A program made the position numbers and the translations under genes. The notes under the pieces are model-generated. The model had not been told where the DNA came from and searched no databases. It saw nothing but the letters and a program-made list of their open reading frames with translations. From Lama glama (Eukaryota), in assembly GCA_028534125.1 (NCBI GenBank), contig CM052832.1, positions 19,594,001 to 19,658,000 on the forward strand: a stretch of 64,000 bases of DNA, given 5' to 3'. Below are positions 13,001-25,750 of the stretch, in pieces. Every line of letters begins with the position of its first letter. Position 1 is the first letter of the stretch.

Positions 13001-14201
13001 ATCTTCCCTTTAATTTGACTATTCATGCATGTTTACTGTGCACCTAGTAGCTCTGGGGCTGCCTGGTGAACTAGATGAAACAGTCCCTTGTCTTGGAGCT
13101 TAGGGTCTGAATATGCAGAACTTGACTGACGACAAAGAACAAGGATGTAAAGTAAAATCAGAGGGAAACCACTCCCAACTGATAAATAAAATGGCAGGTA
13201 GCTTACTTTGCAGAGCATGTGGGAAAGGATAACTCTATATGCGTGAATCAATACAGTCAGAGGAAATACAGTACAGAAAAGGAAAGCTGTTTTAAGAGAA
13301 ATTCATGTCATGTATTATAAAAGTTAGTCTCAGCCAACAAAGAGAATGTTTCAGTGTTTCACTCCTGTGCACAAGTACTGTGGTTTTACTCGCTGAGATG
13401 ACACAGTAGCACCTTTCTAGTCCCACACTACCGTTTTTATTAGATATCCACTGTGGCCTCTTTGAGATGTGTATTATCAGTAACCCTTTCAAGCAGCCGT
13501 TATAGATCTTGCTTGCTTCTGCCCACACAATCTCATTTCTCATGCTGGCCACAAAGCAGTTCTTAGAGCGGGGCTTGGGTTATAGTTCTGTATAAAGAAA
13601 GACCTAGAGTTTTGATACTTCAAGGGGCCGAGGTAGAGTGGCCCTCAGCCTCTGGCTAGTAAACGCCCTCCTCCTTCTTACACACGGCGCAGCTCTTATA
13701 CGTGGGAAAGTTGACCAGAAGTGATCTTCAACATGATGAAAAGAATAGCAGAGGCTGGGCGGCAGTGATATGCTCCAAGTTGCAATTATTCTTCTGTTAG
13801 ACGATACCATTTCCAAAAAGAAAAAAATCACAGCATGGCTTATTTGTTTATCAGTACTACGTATTTGGGTAAACTGGAAAGGATCTGATACTTGATGGGG
13901 GTTGCCTAAAAAAGTTTATTTCATTTCCTTTATATTGTATATTATTACGATCTAGAAACAAAACCCCAAATGCTAATTACTGAATTTGTATAAATTTTCC
14001 AAATAATTTCTGCTCAGAATTTTTAGTGATAAATTTGAGCTGATATCTCTGAACATTACCACTTCACATCAGGTTTTATGTTTGAAATGGCTGATTAAAC
14101 TTTTGATTAAGATCCTTTAATAATGATTTTCCTGAATTCTTAAGAGAAGATTTCTTTTTGCATTCATAGGAGAATTACTTTGCACAGGCAGGTGATACAC
14201 A

Positions 14202-14254
14202 ATTTAAAGTCACTTTACAACCATTTAAAATCACTTTACAACCATTCAAAAATC
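14202..14254. repeat. 21-bp tandem duplication (about 2.5 copies)
   Basis: atttaaagtcactttacaacc / atttaaaatcactttacaacc / attcaaaaatc. Confidence 0.85.
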
Positions 14255-15939
14255 TATAGATGTTTGACAGGATATGTAGAGTCCAACATTCTTCCTATTT
14301 CAATATTAAATGTGATGATGACACTTCTTATGAAAATATGAATGAATTTTGAATTTTATCATAGTATTTTTATGTCAAGTTTTTTCAAAATGAAGATTAA
14401 ACTTAATTTGCAGATGACCCATGAGATTATTTAAAGCAGTCACTTTATTGGTGACTTGGATGCCACTGAAAAGTCACATCTACCACAAAAGGACAGACAT
14501 ATTTAATATACGTGAACACAGAGATTTGGGATTCCATCCTGGACCTCCATGGATATCCTGCCTCAATTACACACCCACCTCATTTTGAGCCAATTTTCTG
14601 ATTCTTGGGATCCTATAAAATTAACTCCTTTGATGTTCCTTGTCCACAATGGTAGCAGTGCGATCTCAGTTGGCTATAGAACAAGTTATCCAGATGGTCA
14701 TCTTGTCATGAGATGAAACACCGTGGGGTGAGCAGCATGTTCCGGATGGCCCTCATTGTATGTGCTGACCAACAGTCCCTTTTGCATTCAGGATGTCTTC
14801 TGCGAACTCCAGACAAGACTTCCCACAGTGGCAGGGGACTGGTCTGTGTGCTCCCCAAAACTCGGGCCCTGACTTGTTGTCCTGAGAGCTGATGGAAGTA
14901 GTATTTCCCATTTAATTGTAATGCATTCTCAGCTCATCAGTAAAACAGCACTTGGAAAGCTCTGCTCTGAGCAGGGACTTTGGACATTTAAAATCATGAC
15001 CCTCAAACCTACTCAGGACTGATTTACTCACCTATAATACACACACCTGAAATAAATGTTTTAGAAGTTATATTTATTCTTACATTATGCAGTTCATTCT
15101 AGTATTTTCAATTCTGTTCTGTTTAAAATTTTAAAACACCAGTTGTGATACACTAAATTGATTTTACTATCTACTGAAAGGTCATGATGTGCACTGTGAA
15201 AAAAAAGGTCATGATGTTAGTGCAGTAAACCAGTAGTGAAAGAAGGATTCTAGTCTGTGTGGCTGCAAGGGCATTTACCAAAATAATGGCTCTTGCAGTA
15301 TCTTCCACACCTTTTAACATAAACAGTTATTTGACAATCAATGCACTTCATTCAGTGTGTCACTTTTCTTATCTCTGTCCAGTGAATTTGAACTTTATCC
15401 CTGATTTTTTTTTCTTTCTTGAGAATTCTTCAAATGTTTGCTAATTTCATGAAAGTTACTTTTTTCCATTAAATGCTTTAATATTTGTTTGTTATTTTTT
15501 TATTCCAATGGTATTAAACACAAATTAGAGGGAAATATACCTTTCAGCAACAAAGCAGGACTTAACTGAACGAAGGCCAAATGTGAGCCTGTGGTCATTA
15601 TGTCCATTCTACTGGATAGTATTCTAGTGAAAGGCAGCATGGAAGAAATTAATTCCACATGCCATTGGAAGTAGAAAGCTTCTGTTTTAATGGAGTAAAG
15701 GGTCCATTTGGAGTTATTTATCTTAAATTTGCAATGCGTCTTGCCAAATAAGCTGTCCCCACAGAGAGTCTTGCCAAGAAGGACATCATGGTTAGTGAAG
15801 CATGTTGGTTATTCCACAGTATTGAAAAAAAATGAAGCTCCATGCCAAGTTGACTACTTCTTTTTTTTTTTTTGCCTTCTGATTTGGAAAAAGCTAAATT
15901 AAAATTTCTGTGGTCAATAATTATAATATATTATGAAGC

Positions 15940-16115
15940 ACAATGACTATGACACAAAATATGTAATGATTACAATTTTGAAAAAATGCAAATGAATAGA
16001 AAAATAACCAAGAGAAACACTTACCAAAATAAGGATTGCAGAAAGAGTCACAGGTAATTTTTGTTCTTTTTCTTTGGGCTTTCCAGTGTGTTCCACACCC
16101 TATCCCGTAAACATT
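15940..16115 (+). mobile_element. Degenerate L1ME-type 3' fragment
   Basis: A-rich tract with aaatatgtaatgattacaattttg...acaggtaatttttgttctttttctttgggctttccagtgt. Confidence 0.4.
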
Positions 16116-16859
16116 TAGTTATCTGATAATCAAAAGACTAAAAATAATTTGGCTTTTTGACAAACTTTTGACAGTAATTTGCTTATTTTTTTGACAAGAT
16201 CTAATAAAAATCACTAAAAGGATAGCATGAGATAAAACCTTACAAATAATTCTAGAAAAAGTTTTATTTCTTTGCCTGTAAGCTGTAAGTAATAAATAGT
16301 TTGAGACCAAAAGAAAGATGTGCTCTTATTTCTAATAGTTTCCACTGTTTAACCTAATTCCACGGACTTATCTCTTCATAGTAATTGGGCCAATAATGTC
16401 ACATATAATTTGAAGTCAGAATTTTGTTAACTTCTGCTCATCAAAAATCACTAATTCTTTAGTTGAACAGTAAATAAGGAGCTTGGCTTGAAAGAAGTTA
16501 AGATTAATTTTTAAACACATTTAATAAAATATATATATTGAAGAGAGCTTTATACTCTAAGTAATTATTTGTAATAATTATTGTTCAGGTCTAAAAAAAA
16601 AAAAGAACACCATTATTGTTCAGGTCTATAAATTCTTAGATACTCCCCAAGAGCAAGCTCATGACCCATACTTAAGCTCAATTGGTTTTATGAAGAGTTT
16701 ATCTACTATTCTATCTATTGTAAAGATCTTTGACAAATTCAAGACGAATAAAATCACATCTGTCTTCAAAGGATGAAGGTATGCTCCAGCCCCTTGCTTC
16801 TTCTCAGGTACGCCGTGTGTATTGCCCACTTCCAAGACTTGTGCCTTTGGATAGGCTAT

Positions 16860-17140
16860 TGTCTTCCCTTCTTTCTCTGTAAAATTCCTACTTGTCCTTG
16901 GAGGCCTAGAATCTCCTAGTGAGAACTGGTTGTGATCTTTGTGCTGCTACAGCAAATGGTTCACACCTCAATTTTGCTACACATCTCTGTAATGCATTTT
17001 CATCTATGGCTTCATTCTTCACATAGCTTATAGGTTTCTTGATGTTTGGTGCTTTATTCTACTTTGAATCTTCAGTGTCTATCAAAATTCCTGGTTCATA
17101 ATAATTTGTGACAATTATTTTTTGAACAAGTTAAAAATAA
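16860..17140 (+). mobile_element. L2 3' fragment
   Basis: aaattcctacttgtccttg...ctttgaatcttcagtgtctatcaaaattcctggttcataataatttgtgacaattattttttgaa. Confidence 0.5.
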
Positions 17141-17309
17141 TATGAGGGTAATGAAATGAGAGGATTATTATGAATGTATTGAATAATAGAAATATCTCTA
17201 AATAAGTATGTAACACACAAGTTTACTATACTGAAGGGATACAATAATCACGAGATTGTTTATTTTTTAAAATGCTCATTAAAAATATTATTTTATGTTT
17301 AAATTTCTT

Positions 17310-17590
17310 CATGTTTATCTGCTTTGGGCAAAGCACTGCCTTGGGTGTCATGGGACAAAATTTAGTTCCTGTTCTCAAGGATCTTATACTGTAGTTTAAA
17401 AAGTTATTAATTGTTTGCATGAAAATCATGTTGTGTATGTTAAGTGCCAACAAGCATAGAAAATAAATACTGTAATTTGTTCAGAGGATCAAAAGTTCAA
17501 CTTAGGGATAGATGAGTCAGAGATGAGTTCTCTGAAAAGGGAATATACACTGTGACTCAAAAAGCTTAAAGAATGGATAAGATTTGATGT
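17310..17590 (-). mobile_element. L2 fragment
   Basis: gggcaaagcactgccttgggtg...agttcctgttctcaaggatcttatactgtag...cttaaagaatggataagattt. Confidence 0.55.
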
Positions 17591-18439
17591 GTGTATGTGT
17601 GTGTGTAAGGGTGAATCTTCCTTTTTTGCATAGAGAGTATGAGCCATGTGTCTTTCTGGATCTTTAGGGAACTGGGCTACTCCACGGCATAGTTCTGGTG
17701 GCTGTCCTGTTGGTGTTCATGCCTGAATATTAAGGAGGAGGCCAGGTCCCTCACCGACAAATGCTTTCTTCCTACCAGTTCTGGCTAAACCATTTATAGC
17801 CCTTAATGGTGAAAAGGGGGAATTCCTAGTGAGTTGTGAGAGAAATGTGGAAAACTTACTATCTTCCTCAGAGAAAGCCTGACATTCAGAAGGTGCATAT
17901 GAAAAGAAAGGAAGTCAGATACCCAAGACATACAAACTTGAAATGCTATTCAGAGCAAGTCTGCTTGAGATGGACTTACGACTAAGAAAAGGCCATATCA
18001 GGAGGAAAAAAATGCTCTGGGTAGTAGACTCTTACCCTCTCGTGCGTTTCTAAATTCGTCATCCTCCAAGAAGATCCCATGCTCTGGAGACATACCTGCT
18101 TCAAAAGAAGTTGGGCTTCAGAGGGACTGAGGGAGTGTGGATGACACAGAAAGGCAATTGGCTAGAACACAGCCCTTCATCCTCTTTTAGAATGGAGAGT
18201 AGTGAATGTTTCAAGACACAAGGGAGAAGGTGATGGATGAAACACAGAGAAACGTTGCTCTTTGCCAAGTGACTCAGTAAGCTCGAATGATGTTTCATAT
18301 GGGAAGCTGAGAGATTATATGATCCATCAACACCATTTATAGACCTCTATTATGTTTGATGCTACTTCGGTTTGTTGAATTTTTTGGTAAGTAATTCCAT
18401 TCTAAGTACTTACAAGGAGATCTTGTAGTACAAGGATCC

Positions 18440-18665
18440 AGGATGACCTGAGTTCCCATCTCCTGGCTCTATTAGGTATTCGTGATAGGTCATTTACTTT
18501 TTCTGAGCCTCAATTTCTCTTCATTTAAAAAGCAGAGATTAATTTTACCTCCTAGGATCATCTTGATGGTTAGGGAAAATGTATGCAGAATGCCCAATGG
18601 TGTGGTTGGCACATAGAAACACACAATAAATGATAGAAAATAATGACAATGAAGATGATGATAGT
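18440..18665 (+). mobile_element. MIR SINE
   Basis: gacctgagttcccatctcctggctct...ttctgagcctcaatttctcttcatttaaaa...ggcacatagaaacacacaataaatg. Confidence 0.75.
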
Positions 18666-19624
18666 AATATGCCATCAAGTAGGTCATGTAGGGCTGTCAG
18701 TGATGGTCTGTTTTTCTAGGGCTGTGAACTTTGAGCAAGTGAAATGTGCTCCCCCACTAAGAATCTCGGGTCCTATGTGTCAGGGGTCCCTCAGTGTCAG
18801 AGCCCCACCATGCACATTCTCATCTGTGGCACGTGGTGTGCCTGTGGCTTCTGAATAGCAGAATCATGGTGGGCATTCAGGAGTTGCTCAGGGGCACCTC
18901 CTGCCTCCTTCAATGCTTTGGTTCTGGTTCAGCTCTTTAGAGGGCATGTGCCCATGTCTGAGATAAAATATAAAAGTGTCCTCTCACTCATCTCACTTCT
19001 GTGAGGCATCTCCCACATTAAGGAAGAAGCTAAGTTGTCATCTGGGGCAGCTCTGAGGATGGCTGCCTCCCACACACAGATTTCAGAACTGATGGAGGAG
19101 ATTCTGTTCCACCTTTCACTGAGTTTGAGTCATCCTCTTACATTTATTCACACACAAATTCAGAGCCTCTGTAGGCTTTGCAAATTATTTCTCTTCACTT
19201 CAAAAACAATTGGAATTTCAGATGAATTAAAAGTTCACCTCCCAAGTAAGAAAATGCTCTACCACTGACAGAAGAACAAATTCCTTCATTAATCCACAAT
19301 CTTCGGAAATGCTGAGGGCATCGGGGAAAGCAATGGATTAAAATGTTTCTTAAAAAATACTGAAACCAAAATAAAAATTGAGTAGGCTGTGTAGATATAA
19401 CATACATATGGATCAGCGTTCCAGTGGGATTTGCTGACATTTACAGATTAATTAAATTATACTATTTTTATATTTATAAGAAATTTAGCCATTGACTATG
19501 CACCAGGCAATGCTTGGGAAAAAAAGGACTGAGCAGTTGGGAAGTGCGTATAATACCATCAATTATTTTTGAATCTAAACTACTAGAGTGGAGAGTTCTT
19601 TTTAAACAGTCAGTGCAGTGTCTC

Positions 19625-19930
19625 TTTTGTTTATTTATTTTTAAATTACATTTGTATTTTGAATAAAGAAAACATTTACATGGTTTAATATCCAAAAATT
19701 GTAAAAGGCATTCAGTAAAAATATTTTCCTCCCAACCCCCCTCCCCAGTCTCCCATGTTCTCTTTCTTGTATTTTTCAGCTATGTTTTATGAGTATCTTC
19801 AAAAATGTGTGTGTTTATGTGTATAATTTTGTTAGACATTGCCAATGCACTCTCCAAAGAGGCTGTACCAATTTACAATACCACCAGCAAAGCATGAACA
19901 CTCCTGTTTCTCTACATTCTTGCCAAATTT
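19625..19930 (-). mobile_element. Old L1ME-type 3' fragment
   Basis: gacattgccaatgcactctccaaagaggctgtaccaatttacaataccaccagcaaagcatgaacactcctgtttctctacattcttgcca. Confidence 0.75.
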
Positions 19931-20139
19931 ACATTACTCCTTGGCTGGCCAGCATAGAATTCTGCTGCTTTTGTTGTTCCCTTACTAGCAAGCCCCCACT
20001 TAATCCCACACAACAAATTTTACCCAAGTCTTCCTTCTAGAAGCCCTATGCATTTCCCCATATTTTCACTCTTTTAGAATATTTTTATGTAGTAGAAAAG
20101 AAGGGGTTTTTGAAGTTAGAACTATTTAAAAATATTAAA

Positions 20140-20385
20140 CAGTACATAACATTTAAAAATCTAGGCTCTGGAGGCAAGTTGCATGGATTTGAATCCAAGC
20201 TCCAGTACTTTCTAGGTATGTAGGCTTGGAATAGTTATTTCACCTCTTTGAACCTCAGTTTGCTCATGGAAAATGAGGAAAATATCTTGGCTTGCTGACA
20301 TGGTGTTAGGAATAAATGAGATAATGCATGTAAAGTGTCTAGAACTTGGAAGATGCATGAAAGATAGTTTGTATTGTTGTTAGTT
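20140..20385 (+). mobile_element. Near full-length MIR
   Basis: ggctctggaggcaagttgcatggatttgaatcc...acctctttgaacctcagtttgctcatggaaaatgagg...aaatgagataatgcatgtaaagtg. Confidence 0.85.
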
Positions 20386-20590
20386 CTATTGTTAATAAAA
20401 TCTATGCCATTTGCCATTCAGTGAAGTATATGCTATGTATAAATAGATTTAGGTTAGATGCTAATGTCAACAAATAAAGTTCACATTTTAAAGAGAAACT
20501 TTTATTCTTGAATACCAAAGACCATATGATGAAGAATCAGGGTAGTAGAGGAAACAAACAAAAACACTGAATTTGGGGTCACTTTATGTC

Positions 20591-21055
20591 TGTTGGCTAC
20601 GGAAGAGCCACCAGAAAATCCTGGCTGAGCAAAGCCAAGTTTATTAGGCTTACTGCAATTCGAGAGAGGGGATGCTATGTAAGATCATTTCTTCGTAATG
20701 TCTCACTAGGGGCAGATCAGGGAAGGATATTTAGGGATTTGGGGGGCCTATGCTGGGTACTTTTACCAGTTAGGATTGGACAGAATTTATGAAACATAAG
20801 ACTTTGGATTGTTGGGTCCCATGAGGTAAGAAGCTTGAAATAAGCATTAATGTGTGGGCTGCTAGTTTTGACAAGTTAACTGTTTTAGTTGGTTGACAGT
20901 CTAACCATCCAGGAATAAATATTTCTTAGAGCAAATATCTGTTATTTTTGCCTGGACCAGTAATTGTTTATGAAGTTGGAAACATGGAAATTATTTAAGA
21001 AATGCAGACCTTTAGGAAATTAGAAAGAGTGTTTGGTCCCAGAATGATTTTAACA
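20591..21055 (-). mobile_element. Probable ERV-type solo LTR (family not assigned)
   Basis: About 465 bp bounded by TGTT...AACA; aagtttattagg gives a minus-strand AATAAA near the minus-strand 3' end; no clean target-site duplication. Confidence 0.5.
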
Positions 21056-21969
21056 GGGACGGGAAAGTCTGCATTGTCTCAGAATTGGTTAGTACAGGAA
21101 CTATGTTGGTTTTAGTTCTAAATCCTAAATTTGCAGCAAATAGGACATGTAACTTTAGGCAAGACATTCAATATGCCACATACTTGTTCCTTCTTCAATG
21201 CCTGAAAGGCCTAGTGGAAGCTCTGTCTTCTGAGGAAGATGAGATTCAGGGCAGGGAGGCCAAATGTGGAACATTCTGGGCCCTGGAGGAAATGAATAAA
21301 CAAGGCCATATAACTTGAGTGGAGACTCAGAAATAGTGCTGCACATTAAATAGAGATTTTGAAGGCGATCAAATGAAAAGATGAGGAGTTCGTTGGCAGG
21401 TGAAGTGTCAGAAAAAGGGTAGAGTCAGGTGAGGGAGAGGTGGGGAGAGCAGTTCAGAACCAAAGGCTGATTGCAGAGTTTTTACTGGGCCAACCTTTTT
21501 AATGCTGCCATTCTGATATTTTGTAGGTTGGTTTGGTGGTGACAGGAGCCATTCAGCCTGGATACAACCTCAAGTCTCATTTCACTTATCTGAACAATGG
21601 GTACAAAAAACTTGTCCTGCTTTATATATTGTAATGTTCTTTCAACCTAAGATGTGGATAGTAACATTTTAATTTTGCATCATCATTATAAAGGAGAGGT
21701 TTCAGAATTAGGCAATTGGTTTTGTATGCATCAGGCAACATCATACAGGCAGCTTCCTTTCCTGATTATATGTAAGATCCAAGTTGTAAAATAGTGTTCA
21801 AGAATGGAGAAAGATAAAAATTCTTGGCTGTACATTAGGCAATGCATGGTTGACAAAACCAGCAGGCAGCTGGCCAAAATATTTCCTGCAATGGATACTA
21901 CTTAATTTGGTTAAATTTCACCCTCCTCCATCAGGGATAATAATATATTTCAATAAATTCTGGTTCAAG

Positions 21970-22085
21970 TAAGGTTTATTGAAAATCTGCTATACACGTT
22001 AGAGCACTGAGCTCTTTCACATCCATTATCTCATTAAATTCTTACAACTGTATATGAGGTAGGCATGATTGTCATTTTCTGAAAC
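21970..22085 (-). mobile_element. MIR fragment
   Basis: tttattgaaaatctgctat...attatctcattaaattcttacaactgtatatgaggtaggcatgattgtcatttt. Confidence 0.75.
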
Positions 22086-22724
22086 AGTATCTTCAAGTGT
22101 TTGCTTGGACAGGCATATTTCAATTGTTAAGATTCACTGCCGGGAACTGTACGTGATGTTTTATTCTGTCTGAAAACATTTTTCTCATGTTATGTAGTCA
22201 CAGGCTTAATGTCATGCCCCCTGGACTTGGTTCATAGAGCAGCAAATGGCAGAACTGAGCTGAGATCAACTGTGGAGCATTTGACAATTTACTTTAAAAT
22301 AATGATCTCAGACTCTAAAGGGAAATGGTCTCAGATATAAACAATTTTGCTTGGTGAAGGCCAAGGACAAGATAATGTTTATTCAGTTACTTTTGATCCT
22401 CTGGAGTGTAAAGATAGATGATCAAGAGAAAGGAAAGAGACATTCAGACAGGTCAGCATTCCCTACATCCTAGCAAGAGTGGTTTTTTCCTCTTTTTTTC
22501 CTCATATCTACAGCAGTACTTAAATAAATAAAAGTCTATATAGTTAGTGCTCTAAGTAAATTCAATAAAAAAGAGGGAGTCACATTGACAGAGCCTAATA
22601 CAGGAATTTGGTTGTGTTCATGGGTACCTAAATGTGGCCATTGTTAGGCAATGGCTCAATATGATTGCCCTTTTGTGTTCTAAAAGAAGAATAATGTTAC
22701 ACCACCCCTTATACCCCATCCCAA

Positions 22725-22726
<2 letters not shown>

Positions 22727-22768
<42 letters not shown>
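22727..22768. repeat. (TG)21 microsatellite
   Basis: Perfect dinucleotide run. Confidence 0.98.
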
Positions 22769-22771
<3 letters not shown>

Positions 22772-22878
22772 GAGAGAGAAAAAGCTCGTATGACTCTCTC
22801 TTTCTTGGGTAGGGCATTAGCCCAGGGTTTTGCAGAGTAGCATTTTGGAAATGCACATTGGTAAGAATTTTAACTCTG

Positions 22879-24120
22879 TTTTTTTTTTAACTTTTTTTTA
22901 TTGAGTTATAGTCATTTTACAATGTGTCAAATTCCAGTGTAGAGAACAATTTTTCAGTTATATTTGAACATACATACATTCACTGTCACATTCTCTTTTG
23001 CTGTGAGCCACCACAAGATCCTGTATATATTTTCCTGTACTACACAGTACAATCTTGTTTATCTATTCTACATTTTGAAATCCCAGTCCCTTCCCACCTC
23101 CTGTCCCCCTGGCAACCACATTTGTATTCTATGTCTGAGTCTGTTTCTTTTTGTATGTATGTATTTATGTATGTATGTATGTATGTATGTATNNNNNNNN
23201 NNNNNNNNNNNNNNNNNNNNNNNNNNNNNNNNNNNNNNNNNNNNNNNNNNNNNNNNNNNNNNNNNNNNNNNNNNNNNNNNNNNNNNNNNNNNNNNNNNNN
23301 NNNNNNNNNNNNNNNNNNNNNNNNNNNNNNNNNNNNNNNNNNNNNNNNNNNNNNNNNNNNNNNNNNNNNNNNNNNNNNNNNNNNNNNNNNNNNNNNNNNN
23401 NNNNNNNNNNNNNNNNNNNNNNNNNNNNNNNNNNNNNNNNNNNNNNNNNNNNNNNNNNNNNNNNNNNNNNNNNNNNNNNNNNNNNNNNNNNNNNNNNNNN
23501 NNNNNNNNNNNNNNNNNNNNNNNNNNNNNNNNNNNNNNNNNNNNNNNNNNNNNNNNNNNNNNNNNNNNNNNNNNNNNNNNNNNNNNNNNNNNNNNNNNNN
23601 NNNNNNNNNNNNNNNNNNNNNNNNNNNNNNNNNNNNNNNNNNNNNNNNNNNNNNNNNNNNNNNNNNNNNNNNNNNNNNNNNNNNNNNNNNNNATCATAAA
23701 TGGGTGTTGAATTTTATCAGTGCTTTTTCTGCATCGATTGAGATGATCATGTGGTTTTTGTCCTTTCTCTTGTTGATGTGATGTATTACATTGATTGATT
23801 TGTGTATGTTGAACCATCCTTGTGTCCCTGGGATGAACCCCACTTGATCATGATGTATAATCTTTTTTATGTGCTGTTGGATTCTATTTGCTAGTATTTT
23901 GGTAAGGATATTTGCATCTATGTTCATCAGTGATATTGGTCTGTAATTCTCTTTTTTGGTGGTGTCTTTGCCTAGTTTTGGTATCAGGGTGATGGTGGCT
24001 TCATAGAATGAGTTTGGGAGTATTCCCTCTTTTTCAATATTCTGAAAGAGTTTGAGAAGGACTGCTATGAGTTCTTCTTTGTATGTTTGGTAGAATTCCC
24101 CAGTGAAGCTGTCTGGTCCT
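22879..24120 (-). mobile_element. 5'-truncated lineage-specific LINE-1 (3' UTR, gap, ORF2 RT fragment)
   Basis: Poly-T and 3' UTR at 22879-23150, (TATG)n at 23153-23192. After the gap, 23693-24120 encodes [17 protein letters not shown]...[40 protein letters not shown]...[11 protein letters not shown], unmistakable L1 ORF2. A frameshift at EKA(F)DK shows it is dead. Joining the two halves across the gap is inferred. Confidence 0.9.
23193..23692. other. Assembly gap (500 N)
   Basis: Run of N. Confidence 1.
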
Positions 24121-25750
24121 AAAACAAAGTTAGAAAATATTGCATGGGTTGTGGAAAGGAAAAAGATTTTTATTAACTGCTCAGTGTGGTTCAAATTTCC
24201 TGTGAGGCCAAAGAATGACATACCAAAGCATTAAGAAATGTAACTCATATGAGGTGGCTTGGAATTGTGCAGCTTTGAAGTGAAATAGACCACTGTTGGC
24301 TTTTTTGTCCTTCTGGGCTATAATTTATAATATTCCAGAGTCTGTACAATTCTATCTTTCTCACTCCAAAGGATACACCTATGTGGCAATCAGAGTTTCA
24401 AGGAAAGAAAGGACTGTTCCTGCATCAAGAGCTAGAACTCTCCCAATCCTGAATAAATGATAGTACTTCTTTTTGTCCATTTAATTTCAATATCTGATCA
24501 GTGAATTTCTGAAGGGTGACTTCTGTCTCATTTTATGTCAACGAATTTCTATACTTTTCCTAGCAGGTACAAAGCACTGTATATTGATATGGAAATAAGA
24601 ACTCTCATATTCTGCATTTCAGAAATAAAAATAGTTACTAATCTTATAAAAGATTAGTTTTGAAGATGTTGGTAATGAAGAAAAAGTAGTAAATCAACAA
24701 AACTTCAAAGTACTAACTCTTCAATAGTGAATATACCTGTTAATCCAACTTAATGAAATGGTACCAAAAAAGATGTAGCAAAAAAAAAAAAAGTACAGTT
24801 GACTTCCTTAATATCTACTTTATTGGACCCTTCCCCAAATTTCCTTGTACTGAAAGCCACAAAGTCAGACAGGAAGGTTTACAGAGTCCCATAACATTTC
24901 TAAATGTAATCCAGGGACTTTTTTGTATCATTTACCATTTCCTTCTCCTGTAATGCTTTATAAATGAAGCCTTCCATCCCGCTGTAAGGAACAAAGGGAA
25001 TAGTGGAGCATCAGGGATTGTTCCTAAGAAAGAACTGCAAAATTTGACCTGACTTTTTTTTTTTTTAAAGCTAACATTTAGCTTTCTCTGATATTTGGGA
25101 ACAGTAAATCCCAAAGTTATATATTAGGAAAGGCCCTTCAGGTCTGTGATGCCTGGGGCTCCATCTGTTCACTCCCTACTCTGATGAGAGACTAGGGCTC
25201 TTCTTACTGTGCTAAGCTAAACAAAGGTGCTTCTCCCATCACCAACTATAGAAAAAACAACCATATAAAAAAAAATCCCACCTGAATGAAAGCAACAATA
25301 AGTGTTTGTGATTTCTACTATTATAAACCAACAATAATTTACATTCATGCACATCCAAATCTAGGCTAGCCATCTGTTTGTATCTGGTATACTTTCTCAA
25401 AAGACTGAAATTCAATGGAGAGGGCACAAACCCCAGTCTTTATTCTTGCTTTGGAACCTTTGTGGATTCCATTCACATTGATAGTGCTTTTTGGAAATTT
25501 CTTTATGGTTTAATTTTCCTGAGGTTTTATTGATAAAGATAAACTATATGAAAATCTATATTAGTGCAGAAGATTTTTTTAAGAGAAGCATTTCAAAAAC
25601 CATTATGCAGGAGACAGAAATGTCTGCAAAGTCTCTGTTAATCTTATAGTAGAAAGTGTTCCATTACCATTCTAGACCGAAAGATGTCCCCCTGTTTGCC
25701 ATTTAGAGCCTAGAGAAGCTGTGTGTAAGTCATGAAGCAAGAGTAGCATC

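Noticed and set aside
18096..18126. 31-nt minus-strand mini-exon (ccctcAG...AAGCAG|GTATGT)
   Set aside because: Not frame-preserving, stops in two frames, and no supporting neighbouring exons.
22862..24140. Loose inverted similarity between the L1 flanks (ttttaactctgtttt / aaaacaaagttagaaaa)
   Set aside because: Short, imperfect and AT-rich; not a direct TSD and plausibly chance.
23694..24221. 175-aa ORF as a reverse transcriptase gene or novel RT system
   Set aside because: Ordinary 5'-truncated L1 ORF2 with a frameshift; the first ~33 aa are read-through from flanking DNA.
24570..24795. A-rich segment ending in poly-A as a processed pseudogene 3' end
   Set aside because: No identifiable parent mRNA, no properly spaced poly-A signal and no clear TSD.
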